NCBI GenBank assembly: GCA_030390025.1
Contig: JASTWF010000034.1
Location: 4,898,001 to 4,962,000, forward strand
Source: Squalus acanthias
Lineage: Eukaryota
Direction of reading: 5' to 3'
Length of the DNA: 64,000 bases
In this document: positions 46,401-61,400 of the stretch, piece by piece
Position numbering within the stretch: position 1 is the first letter of the stretch
How the letters are laid out: each line of letters opens with the position of its first letter
Position numbers and translations under genes: made by a program
The notes under the pieces: model-generated
What the model was told of the DNA's origin: nothing
Databases searched by the model: none
What the model saw: only the letters and a program-made list of their open reading frames with translations

Positions 46401-49400
46401 GCGTTTGACCAGTCCGCGGGGTGTGTCCGATCATGGACTCGGGCGTTTGACCAGTCCCCATGGTGTGTCCGATCATGGACTTGGGCGTTTGACCAGTCCC
46501 CGGGGTGTGTCCGATCATGAACTCGGGCGTTTTACCAGTCCCCAGGGTGTGTCCGATCATAGACTTGGGCGTTTGACCAGTCCCCGGGGTGTGTCCGATC
46601 ATGGACTCGGTCGTTTCACCAGTCCCCGGGGTGTGTCCGATCATGGACTCGGGCGTTTGACCAGTCCCCGGGGTGTGTACGATAATGGACTCGGGCAGTT
46701 GACCAGTCCCCGGAGTGTGTCTGATCATGGACTCGGGCGTTTGACCAGTCCCCGGTGTGTCCGAATATATACTCGGGTATTTGACCAGTCCCCGGTGTGT
46801 TTACGCTGATTGACTCGGGCATTTGACCAGTCCCCGGCGTGTGTCCGATCATGGAATCGGGCGTTTCACCAGTCCCCGGGCTGGGTCCGATCATGGACTC
46901 GGGCGTTTTAACCAGTCCCCGGTGTGTGTCCGATCAAGGACTATGGCGTTTGCGCTGTCCCCGGGGTGTGTCCGATCTTGGACTCGGGCGTTTGTGCACT
47001 CCCCGGGGTGTGTCCGATCATGGACTCGGGCGTTTGACCAGTCCCCAGGGTGAGTCCGATCATGAACTCGGGCGTTTAACCAGTCCCCGGGTTGTGTCTG
47101 AGCATGGACTCGGGCGGTTGACCAGTCCCCGGGGTGTGTACGATCATGGATGCGGGGATTTGACAAGTCCCCGCGGGTTTGTCTGATCATGGACTCGGGC
47201 GTTTGTCCAGTCCCCGGGGCTGTGTCCGATCATGGACTCGGGCGTTTGAACAGTCCCCGGGGTGTGACTGATCATGGACTCGGGCATTTGAATAGTCCCC
47301 GGGTCTGTGTCCGATCATGGCCTCCGGCGTTTGACCAGTCCCCGGGGTGTATCCGCTCATGGACTCGGGCGTTTGACCAGTCCCCGGGTGGTGTGTCTGA
47401 TCATGGACTCGGGCGTTTGACCAGTCCCCAGGGTATGTCCGATCATGGACTCGGGCGTTTGACCAGTCCCCGGGGTGTGCCCGATCATGGACTCGGGCGT
47501 TTGACCCGTCCCCAGTGTGAGACCTATCATGGACTCGGGCGTTTGAACAGTCCCCGAGGTGAGTCCGATCAAGGACTCGGGCATTTGACCTGTCCACGGG
47601 GTGTGTACGATCATGGACGCGGGGGTTTGACCAGTCCCCGCGGGTGTGTCGGATCATGGACTCGGTCGTTTTTCCAGTCCCCGGGGCTGTGTGTGATCAT
47701 GGACTCGGGCGTTTGAACAGTCCCCGCGGGTGTGTCCGATCATGGACTCGGGCGTTTGACCAGGCCCCATGGTGTGACCGATCATGGACTCGAGCGTTTG
47801 ACCAGTCCCCAGGGTGTGTTCGATCATGGCTTCCAGCGTTTGACCAGTCCCCGGGGTGTGTTCGATGATGAACTCGGGCGTTTTACCAGTCCCCGGGGTG
47901 TGTACGATCATGGATGCGGGGATTTGACAAGTCCCCGCGGATTTGTCTGATCATGGACACGGTCGTTTGTCCAGTCCCCATGCGTGCGTCCGATCATGGA
48001 CTCGGGCATTTGAACAGTACCCGGGGTGTGACTGATCATGGACTTGGGCATTTGACCAGTCCCCGGGGTGTGACCGATCATGGACTCGGGCGTTTGACAA
48101 GTCCCCGGGGTGTGTCCGATCATGGACTCGGGCGTTTTACCAGTCCCAGGGGTATGTGCGATCATGGACATGGGCGTTTGACAAGTCCCCGGGGTGTGTC
48201 CGATCATGGACTCAGGCGTTTTACCAGTCCCAGGGGTGTGTCCGATCATGGACTCGGGCGTTTGGCCAGTCCCCGGGGCTGTGTCCGATCATGGCCTCGG
48301 GCGTTTGACTTGTCCCAGTGATGTGTCTGATCATGGACTCGGGCGTTTGACCTGTCCCGCGAGTGTGACCGATCATGGACTCGGGCGTTTGACCAGTCCC
48401 CGGGGTGTGACCGATCATGGACTCGGCATTTGACCTGTCCCCGGGGCTGTGTCCGATCATGGCCTCCGGCGTTTGACCAGTCCGCGGTTTGTGTCCGATC
48501 ATGGACTCGGGCGTTTGACCAGTCCCCAGGGTGTGTCCGATCATGGACTTGGGCGTTTGACCAGTCCCCGGGGTGTGTCCGATCATGGACTCGGGCGTTT
48601 TACCAGTCCCCAGGGTGTGTCCGATCATGACTTGGGCGTTTGACCAGTCCCCGGGGTGTGTACGATAATGGACTCGGGCAGTTGACCAGTCCCCGGAGTG
48701 TGTCTGATCATGGACTCGGGCAGTTGACCAGTCCCCGGAGTGTGTCTGATCATGGACTCGGGCGTTTGACCAGTCCCCGGTGTGTCCGAATATATACTCG
48801 GGTATTTGACCAGTCCCCGGTGTGTTTACGCTGATTGACTCGGGCATTTGACCAGTCCCCGGCGTGTGTCCGATCATGGAATCGGGCGTTTCACCAGTCC
48901 CCGGGCTGGGTCCGATCATGGACTCGGGCGTTTTAACCAGTCCCCGGTGTGTGTCCGATCAAGGACTCTGGCGTTTGCGCTGTCCCCGGGGTGTGTCCGA
49001 TCTTGGAGTCGGGCGTTTGTGCACTCCCCGGGGTGTGTCCGATCATGGACTCGGGCGTTTGACCAGTCCCCAGGGTGAGTCCGATCATGAACTCGGGCGT
49101 TTAACCAGTCCCCGGGTTGTGTCTGAGCATGGACTCGGGCGGTTGACCAGTCCCCGGGGTGTGTACGATCATGGATGCGGGGATTTGACAAGTCCCCGCG
49201 GGTTTGTCTGATCATGGACTCGGGCGTTTGTCCAGTCCCAAGGGTGTGTCCGATCATGGACTCGGGCGTTTGACCAGTCCCCGGGGCTGTGTCCGATCAT
49301 GGACTCGGGCGTTTGAACAGTCCCCGGGGTGTGACTGATCATGGACTCGGGCATTTGAATAGTCCCCGGGTCTGTGTCCGATCATGGCCTCCGGCGTTTG

Positions 49401-52400
49401 ACCAGTCCCCGGGGTGTATCCGCTCATGGACTCGGGCGTTTGACCAGTCCCCGGGGTGGTGTGTCTGATCATGGACTCGGGCGTTTGACCAGTCCCCAGG
49501 GTATGTCCGATCATGGACTCGGGCGTTTGACCAGTCCCCGGGGTGTGTCCGATCATGGACTCGGGCGTTTGACCCGTCCCCAGTGTGAGACCTATCATGG
49601 ACTCGGGCGTTTGACCAGTCCCCGGGGTGGTGTGTCTGATCATGGACTCGGGCGTTTGACCAGTCCCCAGGGTATGTCCGATCAAGGACTCGGGCGTTTG
49701 ACCTGTCCACGGGGTGTGTACGATCATGGACGCGGGGGTTTGACCAGTCCCCGCGGGTGTGTCGGATCATGCACTCGGTCGTTTTTCCAGTCCCCGGGGC
49801 TGTGTGTGATCATGGACTCGGGCGTTTGAACAGTCCCCGCGGGTGTGTCCGATCATGGACTCGGGCGTTTGACCAGGCCCCATGGTGTGACCGATCATGG
49901 ACTCGAGCGTTTGACCAGTCCCCAGGGTGTGTTCGATCATGGCCTCCGGCGTTTGACCAGACCCCGGGGTGTGTTCGATGATGGACTCGGGCGTTTTACC
50001 AATCCCCGGGGTGTGTACGATCATGGATGCGGGGATTTGACAAGTCCCCGCGGGTTTGTCTGATCATGGACACGGTCGTTTGTCCAGTCCCCATGCGTGT
50101 GTCCGATCATGGACTCGGGCATTTGAACAGTACCCGGGTTGTGACTGATCATGGACTTGGGCATTTGACCAGTCCCCGGGGTGTGACCGATCATGGACTC
50201 GGGCGTTTGACAAGTCCCCGGGGTGTGTCCGATCATGGACTCAGGCGTTTTACCAGTCCCAGGGGTGTGTCCGATCATGGACTCGGGCGTTTGGCCAGTC
50301 CCCGGGGCTGTGTCCGATCATGGCCTCGGGCGTTTGACTTATCCCAGTGATGTGTCTGATCATGGACTCGGGCGTTTGACCTGTCCCGCGAGTGTGACCG
50401 ATCATGGACTCGGGCGTTTGACCAGTCCCCGGGGTGTGACCGATCATTGACTCGGCATTTGACCTGTCCCCGGGGCTGTGTCCGATCATGGCCTCCGGCG
50501 TTTGACCAGTCCGCGGGGTGTGTCCGATCATGGACTCGGGCGTTTGACCAGTCCCCAGGGTGTGTCCGATCATGGACTTGGGCGTTTGACCAGTCCGCGG
50601 GGTGTGTCCGATCATGGACTCGGGCGTTTTACCAGTCCCCAGGGTGTGTCCGATCATGGACTTGGGCGTTTGACCAGTCCCCGGGGTGTGTACGATAATG
50701 GACTCGGGCAGTTGACCAGTCCCCGGAGTGTGTCTGATCATGGACTCGGGCGTTTGACCAGTCCCCGGTGTGTCCGAATATATACTCGGGTATTTGACCA
50801 GTCCCCGGTGTGTTTACGCTGATTGACTCGGGCATTTGACCAGTCCCCGGCGTGTGTCCGATCATGGAATCGGGCGTTTCACCAGTCCCCGGGCTGGGTC
50901 CGATCATGGACTCGGACGTTTTAACCAGTCCCCGGTGTGTGTCCGATCAAGGACACTGGCGTTTGCGCTGTCCCTGGGGTGTGTCCGATCTTGGACTCGG
51001 GCGTTTGTGCACTCCCCGGGGTGTGTCTGATCATGGACTCGGACGTTTGTCCAGTCCCAAGGGTGTGTCCGATCATGGACTCGGGCGTCTGACCAGTCCC
51101 CGGGGCTGTGTCCGATCATGGACTCGGGCGTTTGAACAGTCCCCGGGGTGTGACTGATCATGGACTCGGGCATTTGACCAGTCCCCGGGTCTGTGTCCGA
51201 TCATGGCCTCCGGCGTTTGACCAGTCCCCGGGGTGTATCCGCTCATGGACTCGGGCGTTTGACCAGTCCCCGGGGTGGTGTGTCTGATCATGGACTCGGG
51301 CGTTTGACCAGTCCCCAGGGTATGTCCGATCATGGACTCGGGCGTTTGACCACTCCCCGGGGTGTGTCCGATCATGGACTCGGGCATTTGATCAGTCCCC
51401 GGGGTTGTGTCCGATCATGGACTCGGGCGTTTGACCCGTCCCCAGGGTGAGACCTATCATGGACTCGGGCGTTTGAACAGTCCCCGAGGTGAGTCCGATC
51501 AAGGACTCGGGCGTTTGACCTGTCCACGGGGTGTGTACGATCATGGACGCGGGGGTTTGACCAGTCCCCGCGGGTGTGTCGGATCATGGACTCGGTCGTT
51601 TTTCCAGTCCCCGGGGCTGTGTGTGATCATGGACTCGGGCGTTTGAACAGTCCCCGCGGGTGTGTCCGATCATGGACTCGGGCGTTTGACCAGGCCCCAT
51701 GGTGTGACCGATCATGGACTCGAGCGTTTGACCAGTCCCCAGGGTGTGTTCGATCATGGCCTCTGGCGTTTGACCAGTCCCCGGGGTGTGTTCGATGATG
51801 GACTCGGGCGTTTTACCAGTCCCCGGGGTGTGTACGATCATGGATGCGGGGATTTGACAAGTCCCCGCGGGTTCGTCTGATCATGGACACAGTCGTTTGT
51901 GCAGTCCCCATGCATGTGTCCGATCATGGACTCGGGCATTTGAACAGTACCCGGGGTGTGACTGATCATGGACTTGGGCATTTGACCAGTCCCCGGGGTG
52001 TGACCGATCATGGACTCGGGCGTTTGGCCAGTCCCCGTGTCTGTGTCCGATCATGGCCTCCGACGTTTGACCAGTCCCCGGGGTGTGTCCGCTCATGGAC
52101 TCGGGCGTTTGACCAGTCCCCAGGGCGGTGTGTCTGATCATGGACTCGGGCGTTTGACCAGTCCCTGGGGTGGTGTGTCTGATCATGGACTCGGGCGTTT
52201 GACCAGTCCCCGGGGCGGTGTGTCTGATCATGGACTCGGGCGTTTGACCAGTCCCCGGGGTGGTGTGTCTGATCATGGACTCGGGCGTTTGACCAGTCCC
52301 CGGGGTATGTCCGATCATGGACTCGGGCGTTTGACCAGTTTCAGGGGTGTGTCTGATCATGGACTCGGGCGTTTTACCAGTCCACGGGGTGTGTACGATC

Positions 52401-55400
52401 ATGGACGCGGGGGTTGGAGCATTCCCCACGTGTGTGCCGGCTCATGGTCCCGATCGTTTGTCCAGTCCCCACGAGCGTTTCCGATCATGGAGTCGGGCGT
52501 TTGTCCAGTACCCGCGGGTGTGTGTCCGATCATGGACTCGGGCGTTGGACCAGTCCCCGCGGTGTGTCTGATCATGGACTCGGGCGTTTGAACAGTCCCC
52601 GGGGCTGTGTCTGATCATGGACTCGGGCGTTTGTCCAGTACCCGCGGGTGTGTGTCCGATCATGGACTCGCGCGTTGGAACAGTCCTCGTGGGTGTGTCC
52701 GATCATGGACTCGGGCGTTTGAACAGTCCCCGGGGCTGTGTCTGATCATGGACTCGGGAGTTTGACCTGTCGCCGGATTGTGTCTGATCATGGACTCGGG
52801 CGTTTGACCTGTCCCCGGATTATGTCTGATCATGGACTCGGGCGTTTGGCCAGTCCCCGGGTCTGTGTCCGATCATGGCCTCCAGCGTTTGACCAGTCAC
52901 CGCGGTGTGTCCGATCATGTACTCGGGCGTTTGACCAGTCCCCGGGGCGGTGTGTCTGATCATGGACCCGGGCGTTTGACCAGTCCCCGGGTTGTGTCCG
53001 ATCATGGACTCGGGCGTTTGACCAGTCCCCGGGGCTATGTCTGATCATGGATTCGTGCGTTTGACCAGTCTCCGTGGCTGTGCCCGATCATGGACTTGGG
53101 CGTTTGACCAGTTCCCGGTGTGTCCGGGCATGGACTCGGGCGTTTGATCAGTCCCCGGGGTTGTGCCCGATCATGGACTCGGGCGTTTGACCCGTCCCCA
53201 GGGTGAGCCCTATCATTGACTCGGGCGTTTGAACAGTCCCCGAGGTGAGTCCGATCAAGGATTCGGGCGTTTGACCTGTCCACAGGGTGTGTACGATCAT
53301 GGACACGGGGGTTTGACCAGTCCCCGCGAGTGTGTCTGATCATGGACTCGGGCGTTTGAACAGTCCCCGCGGGTATGTCCGATCATGGAATTGGGCGTTT
53401 GACCAGTCCCAGGGGTGTGTCTGATCATGGACTCGGGCGTTTTACCAGTCCCAGGGGTGTGTCTGATCATGGACTCGGGCGTTTTACCAGTCCCAGGGGT
53501 GTGACCAATCATGGACTCGGGCGTTTGACCAGGCCCCGGGGCTGTGCCTGATCATGGACTCGGGCGTTTGACCAGTCCACGGGGTGTGTACGATCATGGA
53601 CGCGGGGGTTTGACCAGTTCCCACGGGTGTGTCGGCTCATGGACCCGGTCGTTTGTCCAGTCCCCACGAGCGATTCCTATCATGGAGTCGGGCGTTTGTC
53701 CAGTACCCGCGGGTGTGTGTCCGATCATGGACTCGGGCGTTGGAACAGTCCTCGCGGGTGTGTCCGATCATGAAATCGGCGTTTGACCAGTCCCCGGGGC
53801 TGTGTCTGATCATGGACTCGGGCATTTGAACAGTCCCCGGGGTTTGTCCGATTATGAAATCCGCGTTTGACCAGTCCCCGGGGCTGTGTCTAATCATGGA
53901 CTCGGGCGTTTGACCTGTCCCCGGATTGTGTCTGATCATGGACTCGGGCGTTTGGCCAGTCCCCGGGTCTGTGTCCGATCATGGCCTCTGGCGTTTGACC
54001 TGTCCCCGGGGGTGTGTCCGATCATGGACTCGGGCGTTTGACCAGTCCCCGGGGCGGTGTGTCTGATCATGGACCCGGGCGTTTGACCAGTCCTTGGGTT
54101 GTGTCCGATCATGGATTCGGGCGTTTGACCAGTCCCCGGGGCTATGTCTGATCATGGATTCGTGCATTTGACCAGTCTCCGTGGCTGTGTCCGATCATGG
54201 ACTTGGGCGTTTGACCAGTTCCCGATGTGTCCGATCATGGACGCGGGCATTTGATCAGTCCCCGGGGTTGTGTCCGATCATGGACTCGGGCGTTTGACCC
54301 CTCCCCGGGTTGTGACCAATCATGGACTCGGGCGTTTGGCCAGTCACCGGGACTGTGTCCGATCATTGATTCGGGCTTTTGATCATTCCCCAGGGTGTGT
54401 CCGATCATGGAATCGGGCGTTTGACCGGTCCCCGGGGTGTGTCCGATCATAGACTCCGGCGTTTGACCAGTACCCGGGAGAGTCTGATCATGGAATCGGG
54501 AGTTTGACCAGTCCCCGGGGTGTGTCCGATGATGGACTCGGGCGTTATACCAGTCCCCGGGGTGTGTACGATCATGGATGCGGGGATTTGACAAGTCCCC
54601 GTGGGTTTGTCTGATCATGGACCCGGGCGTTTGACCAGTCCTCGGGGTGTGTCCGATCATGGACTCGGGCGTTTGGGCCAGTCCCGGGGTGTGTCCGATC
54701 ATGGACTCGGGCGTTTGACGGTCCCTGGGGTGTGTCCGATCATGACTCGGGCGTTTGACCAGTCCCCGGGTGTGTCCGATCATGGACTCGGGCGTTTGAC
54801 CAGTCCCCGGGGTGTGACCGATCATGGACTCGGGCGTTTGACAGTCCCGGGGCTGTGTCCGATCATGGATTCGGCGTTTGACCAGTCCCCGGGGTGTGTC
54901 CGTTCATGGACTTCGGGCGTTTGTCCAGTCCCCGGGGTGTGTCCGATCATGGACTTCGGGCGTTTGACAGTCCGCGGGTGTGTCCGATCATGGACTCGGG
55001 CGTTTGACCAGTCCCCCGGGTGTGTCCGATCATGGACTCGGGCTTTTGACCAGTCCCCGGGGTGTGTCGATCATGGACTCGGCATTTGACCTGTCCCCGG
55101 GGTGTGTCGATCATGGACTCGGGCGTTGACCAGTCCCCGGGGCTTTGTCCGATAATGGACTCGGGCGTTTGACCAGACCCCGGGGTTTGTCCGATCATGG
55201 ACTCGGCCGTTTGACCAGTCCCCGGGGTGTGTCCGATCATGGACTCGGGCGTTTGACCAGTCCCAGGGGCTGTGTACGATCATGGACTCGGGCGTTTTAC
55301 CAGTACCAGCGGGTGTGTCCGATCATGGACTCGGGCGTTTGAACAGTCCCCGGGGTGTTACCGATCATGAACTCGGCCGTTTGACCAGTCCCCGGGGTGT

Positions 55401-58400
55401 GTCCGATCATGGACTCGGGCGTTTGACCAGTCCCCGGGGCTCTGTCCGATAATGGACTCGGACGTTTGACCAGTCCCAGGGGCTGTGTACGATCATGGAC
55501 TCGGGCGTTTTACCAGTACCAGCGGGTGTGTCCGATCATGGACTCGGGCGTTTGAACAGTCCCCGGGGTGTTACCGATCATGAACTCGGCCGTTTTACCA
55601 GTCCCCGGGGTGTGCCCGATCATGGACTCGGGATTTGACCAGTCCCCGGGGCTGTGTCCGATCATGGACTCGGGCATTTGACCAGTTCCCGGGGCTGTGT
55701 CCGATCATGGACTCGGGCGTTTGACCAGTCTCTGGGGTGTCTCCGATCATAGACTCGGGTGTTTGAACAGTCCCCGGGGCTGTGTCCGATCATGGACTCC
55801 AGTGTTTGACCAGTCCCCCGGGTGTGTTCTATCATGGACTTGGGCATTTGACCAGTCTCCGGGGCTGTGTCCGATCATGGACTCCAGTGTTTGACCAGTC
55901 CCCGGGGTGTGTCCTATCATGGACTCAGGCGTTTGACCAGTCCCCGCTTCTTGTCCGATCATGGACTCGGGCGTTTAACCAATCCCCTGGGTGTGTCTGA
56001 CCATGGACTCGGGCATTTGACCAGTCACCGGGGCTTTGTCTGAACATGGACTCGGGCGTTTGACCATTCCCCAGGGAGTGTCTGATCATGGACTCGGGGG
56101 TTTTACAAGTCCAAGCGGGTTGTCTGATCATGGACTTGGGCGTTTGTCCAGTCCCCAGGGTGTGTCCGTTCATGGACTCGGGCGTTTGAACAGTCCCCGG
56201 GGTGTGTCCGATCATGGACTCGGGCGTTTGAGCAGTCGCAGGGGTGTGTCCGATCATGGACTCGGGCGTTTGACCAGTCCCCGAGGTGAGTCCGATCATG
56301 GACTCGGGCATTTGACTTGTCCCAGTGATGTGTCTGATCACGAATCTGGGGGTTTGACCGGTCGTGGTGGGTGTCCAATCACAGACCCGTGGTTTTGACT
56401 GGTCCCTGCAGTGTGTCTGATCACGGACCCAGGGAATTGACCTGTCCCGGGGTAGCAGCCAATCAGAGAAGCGGTTTTTGACTGGTACTAGGGTTTTTGC
56501 AGATCCCTGGGTTGTGTCCGATCACAGTCCCGGGGTTTTTTTATCGGTCCCTGGGTTGTGTCAGATCAGTCTCGGGGATTTTTACTGGTCCCAGGGTTAT
56601 ATCCGATCACAGTCCCGGGGGTTTGACCAGTCCCGTTAATTACACCATTCCCCGGGGTGTGTCCGATCATGGACTCGGGCGTTTGACCAGTCCCCGGGGT
56701 GTGTACGATCATGGAATCGGCGTTTGACCAGTCTCCGGGGTGTGTACGATCATGGACTCCGGCGTTTGCCCAGTCCCTGGGGTGTGTACGATCATGGACT
56801 CGGGCGTTTGGCCAGTCCCCAGGGTGTGTCCATTCATGGACTCGGGCGTTTGAACAGTCCCCGGGGTGGTGTGTCTGATCATGGACTCGGGCGTTTGACC
56901 AGTCCGCAGGGTGTGTCCGATCATGGTCTCGGGCGCTTGACCAGTCCCCAGGGTGTGTCGGATCATGGACTCGGGCGTTTGACAAGTCCCCGGGGCTGTG
57001 TCTGATCATGGACTCGGACGTTTGACCAGTCCCCAGGGTGTGTCCGATCATGGCCTCGGGCGTTTGACAAGTCCCCAGGGTGTGTCGGATCATGGACTCG
57101 GGCGTTTGCCCTGTCCCCGGGGTGTGTCCGATCATGGATTCGGGCGTTTGACCAGACCCCGGATTGTGTCTGATTATGGACTCGGGCGTTTGACCAGTCC
57201 CTGGGGTGTGTCCGATCATATACTCGGGCGTTTGACCAGTCCCCGGCGTGTGTCCTATCATGGACTCGGGTGTTTGGACATTCCCCGGCGTGTGTCCGAT
57301 CATGGACTCGGGTGTTGGACCAGTCCCCGGGGTGTGTCCGATCATGGACTCGGGCATTTGACCAGACCCCGGGGTGTGTCTGATCATGGACTCGGGTGTT
57401 TGACCAGTCTCCGGGGCTGTGTCCGATCATGGATTCGGGCGGTTCACCAGTCCCCGGGGCTGTCCCTGATCATGGACTCCGGCGTTTGACCAGTCCCCGG
57501 GTTGTGTCTGATCATGGACTCGGGCGTTTGACCAGTCCCCGGGGTGTGTGCGATCATGGCCTCGGGCGTTTGACCAGTCCCCGGATTGTGTCTGATTGTG
57601 GACTCGGCGGATGACCAGTCCCCGGGGTGTGTGTGATCATGGACTCGGGCGCTTGACCAGTTCCCGGGGTATCCGAACATATACTCGGGTGTTTGACCAG
57701 TCCCCGGGGTGTGTCCGATCATGGACTCGGGCGTTTGACCAGTCCAAGGAGTGTGTCCGATCATGGACTTGGGCGTTTGACCAGTCCCCGTGGTGTGTCC
57801 GATCATAGACTCGGGCGTTTGACCAGTCCCCGGGGCGGCGTGTCTGATCATGGAACCGGGCATTTGACCAGTCCTCGGGTTGTGTCCGATCATGGATTCG
57901 GGCATTTGACCAGTCCCCGGGGCTATGTCTGATCATGGATTCGTGCGTTTGACCAGTCTCCGTGGCTGTGTCCAATCATGGACTTGTGCGTTTGACCAGT
58001 TCCCGGTGTGTCCGATCATGGACTCGGACATTTGACCAGTCCCCGGGGTTGTGTACGATCATGGACTTGGGCGTTTGACCCGTCCTCGGGGTGTGTCCGA
58101 TGATGGACTCGGGCGTTTTACCAGTCACCGGGACTGTGTCCGATCATTGATTCGGGCGTTTGACCATTCCCCAGGGTGTGTCCGATCATGGACTAGGGCG
58201 TTTGACCGGTCACCGGGGTGTGTCCGATCATAGACTCGGGCGTTTGACCAGTCCCCGGGGTGTGTCTGATCATAGACTCGGGAGTTTGACCAGTCCCCAG
58301 GGTGTGTACGATCATGGACTCGGGCGTTTGACCAGTCCCCGGGGTGTGTCCGATCATGGACTCAGCGTTTGACCGGTCCCGGAGTGTGTCTGATCATGGA

Positions 58401-61400
58401 CTCGTGCGTTTGACCAGTCCCCGGGGTGAGTCCGATCATGGACTCAGGCGCTTGACCAGTCCCGGGATTGTGTCTGATCATGTACTCGGGCGTTTGACCA
58501 GTCTCCGGGGTGTCTCCGATCATAGACTCGGGCATTTGACCAGTCCCCGGGGCTGTGTCCGATCATGGACTCCAGTGTTTGACCAGTCCCCGGGGTGTGT
58601 CCTATCATGGTCTTGGGCATTTGACCAGTCCCCGGGGCTGTGTCCGATCATGGACTCGGGCGTTTGACCAGTCCCCGGGGCTGTGTCCGATCATGGACTC
58701 CAGTGTTTGACCAGTCCCCGGGGTGTGTCCTATCATGGACTCGGGCGTTTGACCAGTCCCTGCTTCTTGTCCGATCATGGACTCGGGCGTTTAACCAATC
58801 CCCTGGGTGTGTCTGACCAGGGACTCGGGCATTTGACCAGTCACCGGGGCTTTGTCTGAACATGGACTCGGGCATTTGACCATTCCCCAGGTTGTGTCTG
58901 ATCATGGACACGGGCGTCTGACCACTCCCCAGGGTGTGTCCGATCATGGACTCGGGGGTTTTACAAGTCCAAGCGGGTTGTCTGATCATGGACTTGGGCG
59001 TTTGTCCAGTCCCCAGGGTGTGTCCGTTCATGGACTCGGGCGTTTGACCAGTCCCCGGGATGTGTCCTTTCATGGACTCGGGCGTTTGACTTGTCCCAGT
59101 GATGTGTCTGATCACGGAGCTGGGGGTTTGACCGGTCGTGGTAGGTGTCCAATCACAGACCCGGGGTTTTGACTGGTCCCTGCAGTGTGTCTGATCATGG
59201 ACCCAGGGAATTGACCTGTCCCGGGGTAGCAGCCGATCAGAGAAGCGAGTTTTGACTGGTTCTAGGGTTTTTGCCGATCCCTGGGTTGTGTCCGATCACA
59301 GTCCCGGGGTTTTTTTACCGGTCCCTGGGTTGTGTCAGATCAAAGTCCCGGGGATTTTTACTGGTCCCTGGGTTATATCCGATCACAGTCCCGGGGGTTT
59401 GACCAGTCCCGTTAATTACACCATTCCCCGGGGTGTGTCCGATCATGGACACGGGCGTTTGACCGGTCCCGCAAGTGTGTCCGATCATGGACTCCGGCGT
59501 TTGACCAGTCCCCGGGGTGTGTCCGTTCATGGACTCGGCGTTTGACCAGTCTCCGGGGTGTGTACGATCATGGACTCCGGCGTTTGCCCAGTCCCTGGGG
59601 TGTGTACGATCATGGACTCGGGCGTTTGGCCACTCCCCAGGGTGTGTACGATCATGGACTCGGGCGTTTGACAAGTCCCCGGGGCTGTGTCTGATCATGG
59701 ACTTGGGCGTTTGACCAACCCCAGGGTGTGTACGATCATGGCCTCGGGCGTTTGACCAGTCCCCAGGGTTTGTCGGATCATGGACTCGGGCGTTTGCCCA
59801 GTCCCCGGGGTGTGACCGATCATGGACTCGGGCGTTTGGCCAGTCCCCGGGTCTGTGTCCATACATGGACTCCGGTGTTTGACCAGTGCGCGGGGTGTGT
59901 CCGATCATGGACTCGGGTGTTTGACCAGTCCCAGGGGCGGTGTGTCTGATCATGGACTCGGGCGTTTGACCAGTCCCTGGGGTGTGTCCGATCATGGACT
60001 CGGGCGTTTGACCAGTCCCTGGGGTGTGACCGATCATGGACTCGGGCGTTTGACCAGTCGCCGGGGTGTGACCGATCTTGGACTCGGGCGTTTGGCCAGT
60101 CCCCGGGTCTGTGTCCGATCATGGCCTCCGGTGTTTGACCGGTCCGCGGGGTGTGTCCGATCATGGACTAGAGCGTTTGACCAGTCCCAGGGGTGTGTCT
60201 GATCATGGACTCGGGCATTATACCTGTCTCAGGGGTGCGTATGATCATGGACTCGGGCGTTTGACCAGTCACCGGGGCAGTCTCCGATCATGGACTCGGG
60301 ATTTGACCAGTCCCAGGTGTGTGTCTGATCATGGAATCGGGCGTTTCACCAGTCACCGGGGCTGTGTCCGAACATGGACTCGGGCGTTTGACCAGTCCCC
60401 GGGGTGTGTCCGATCATGGACTCGGGCGTTTGACCAGTCACCGGGGCAGTCTCCGATCATGGACTCAGGATTTGACCAGTCCCAGGTGTGTGTCTGATCA
60501 TGGACTCGGGCGTTTGATCAGTCCCCGGAGTGTGTCCGAACATGGACTCGGGCGTTTGACCAGTCGCCGGGGCTGTCCCTGATCATGGACTCGGGCGTTT
60601 GACCAGTCCTCGGGGATGTGTCCGATCATGGACTCGGGCATTTGACCAGTCCCCGGGTTGTGTCTGATCATGGACTCGGGCGTTTCACCAGTCCCCGGGG
60701 TGTGTCCTATCATGGACTCGGGCGATTGACCAGTCCCCAGGGTGTGTGCGATCATGGCCTCGGGCGTTTGACCAGTCCCCAGGATGTGTCGGATCATGGA
60801 TTCGGGCGTTTGCCCAGTCCCCGGATTGTGTCTGATTATGGACTCGGGCGTTTGACCAGTCCCCGGGTTGTGTGCGATCATTCACTCGGGCGTTTGACCA
60901 GTTCCCGGGGTATCCGAACATATACTCGGGCGTTTGACCAGTCCCCGGGGTGTGTCCGATCATGGACTCGGGCGTTTGACCAGTCCCCGGGGTTTGTCCG
61001 ATCATGGACTCGGGTGTTTCACCAGTCCCCGGGGTGTGTCTGATCATGGACTCGGGCGTTTGACCAGTCCCCGGGGTGTGTCCGATCATGGACTCGGCTG
61101 TTTGACCAGTCCCTGGGGTGTGTACTATCATGGACTCGGGCGTTTGACCTGTCCACGGCGTGTGTCCGATCATGGACTCAGGCGTTTCACCAGTCCCAGG
61201 GGTGTGTCTGATCATGGACTCGGGCGTTTGACCAGTCCCTGGGGTGTGTCTGATCATGGACTGGGCTGTTTGACCAATCCCTGGGGTGTGTACTATCATG
61301 GACTCGGGCGTTTGACCTGTCCACGGCGTGTGTCCGATCATGGACTCAGGCGTTTCACCAGTCCCCGGGGTGTGTCCGATCATGAACTCGGGCGTTTGAC

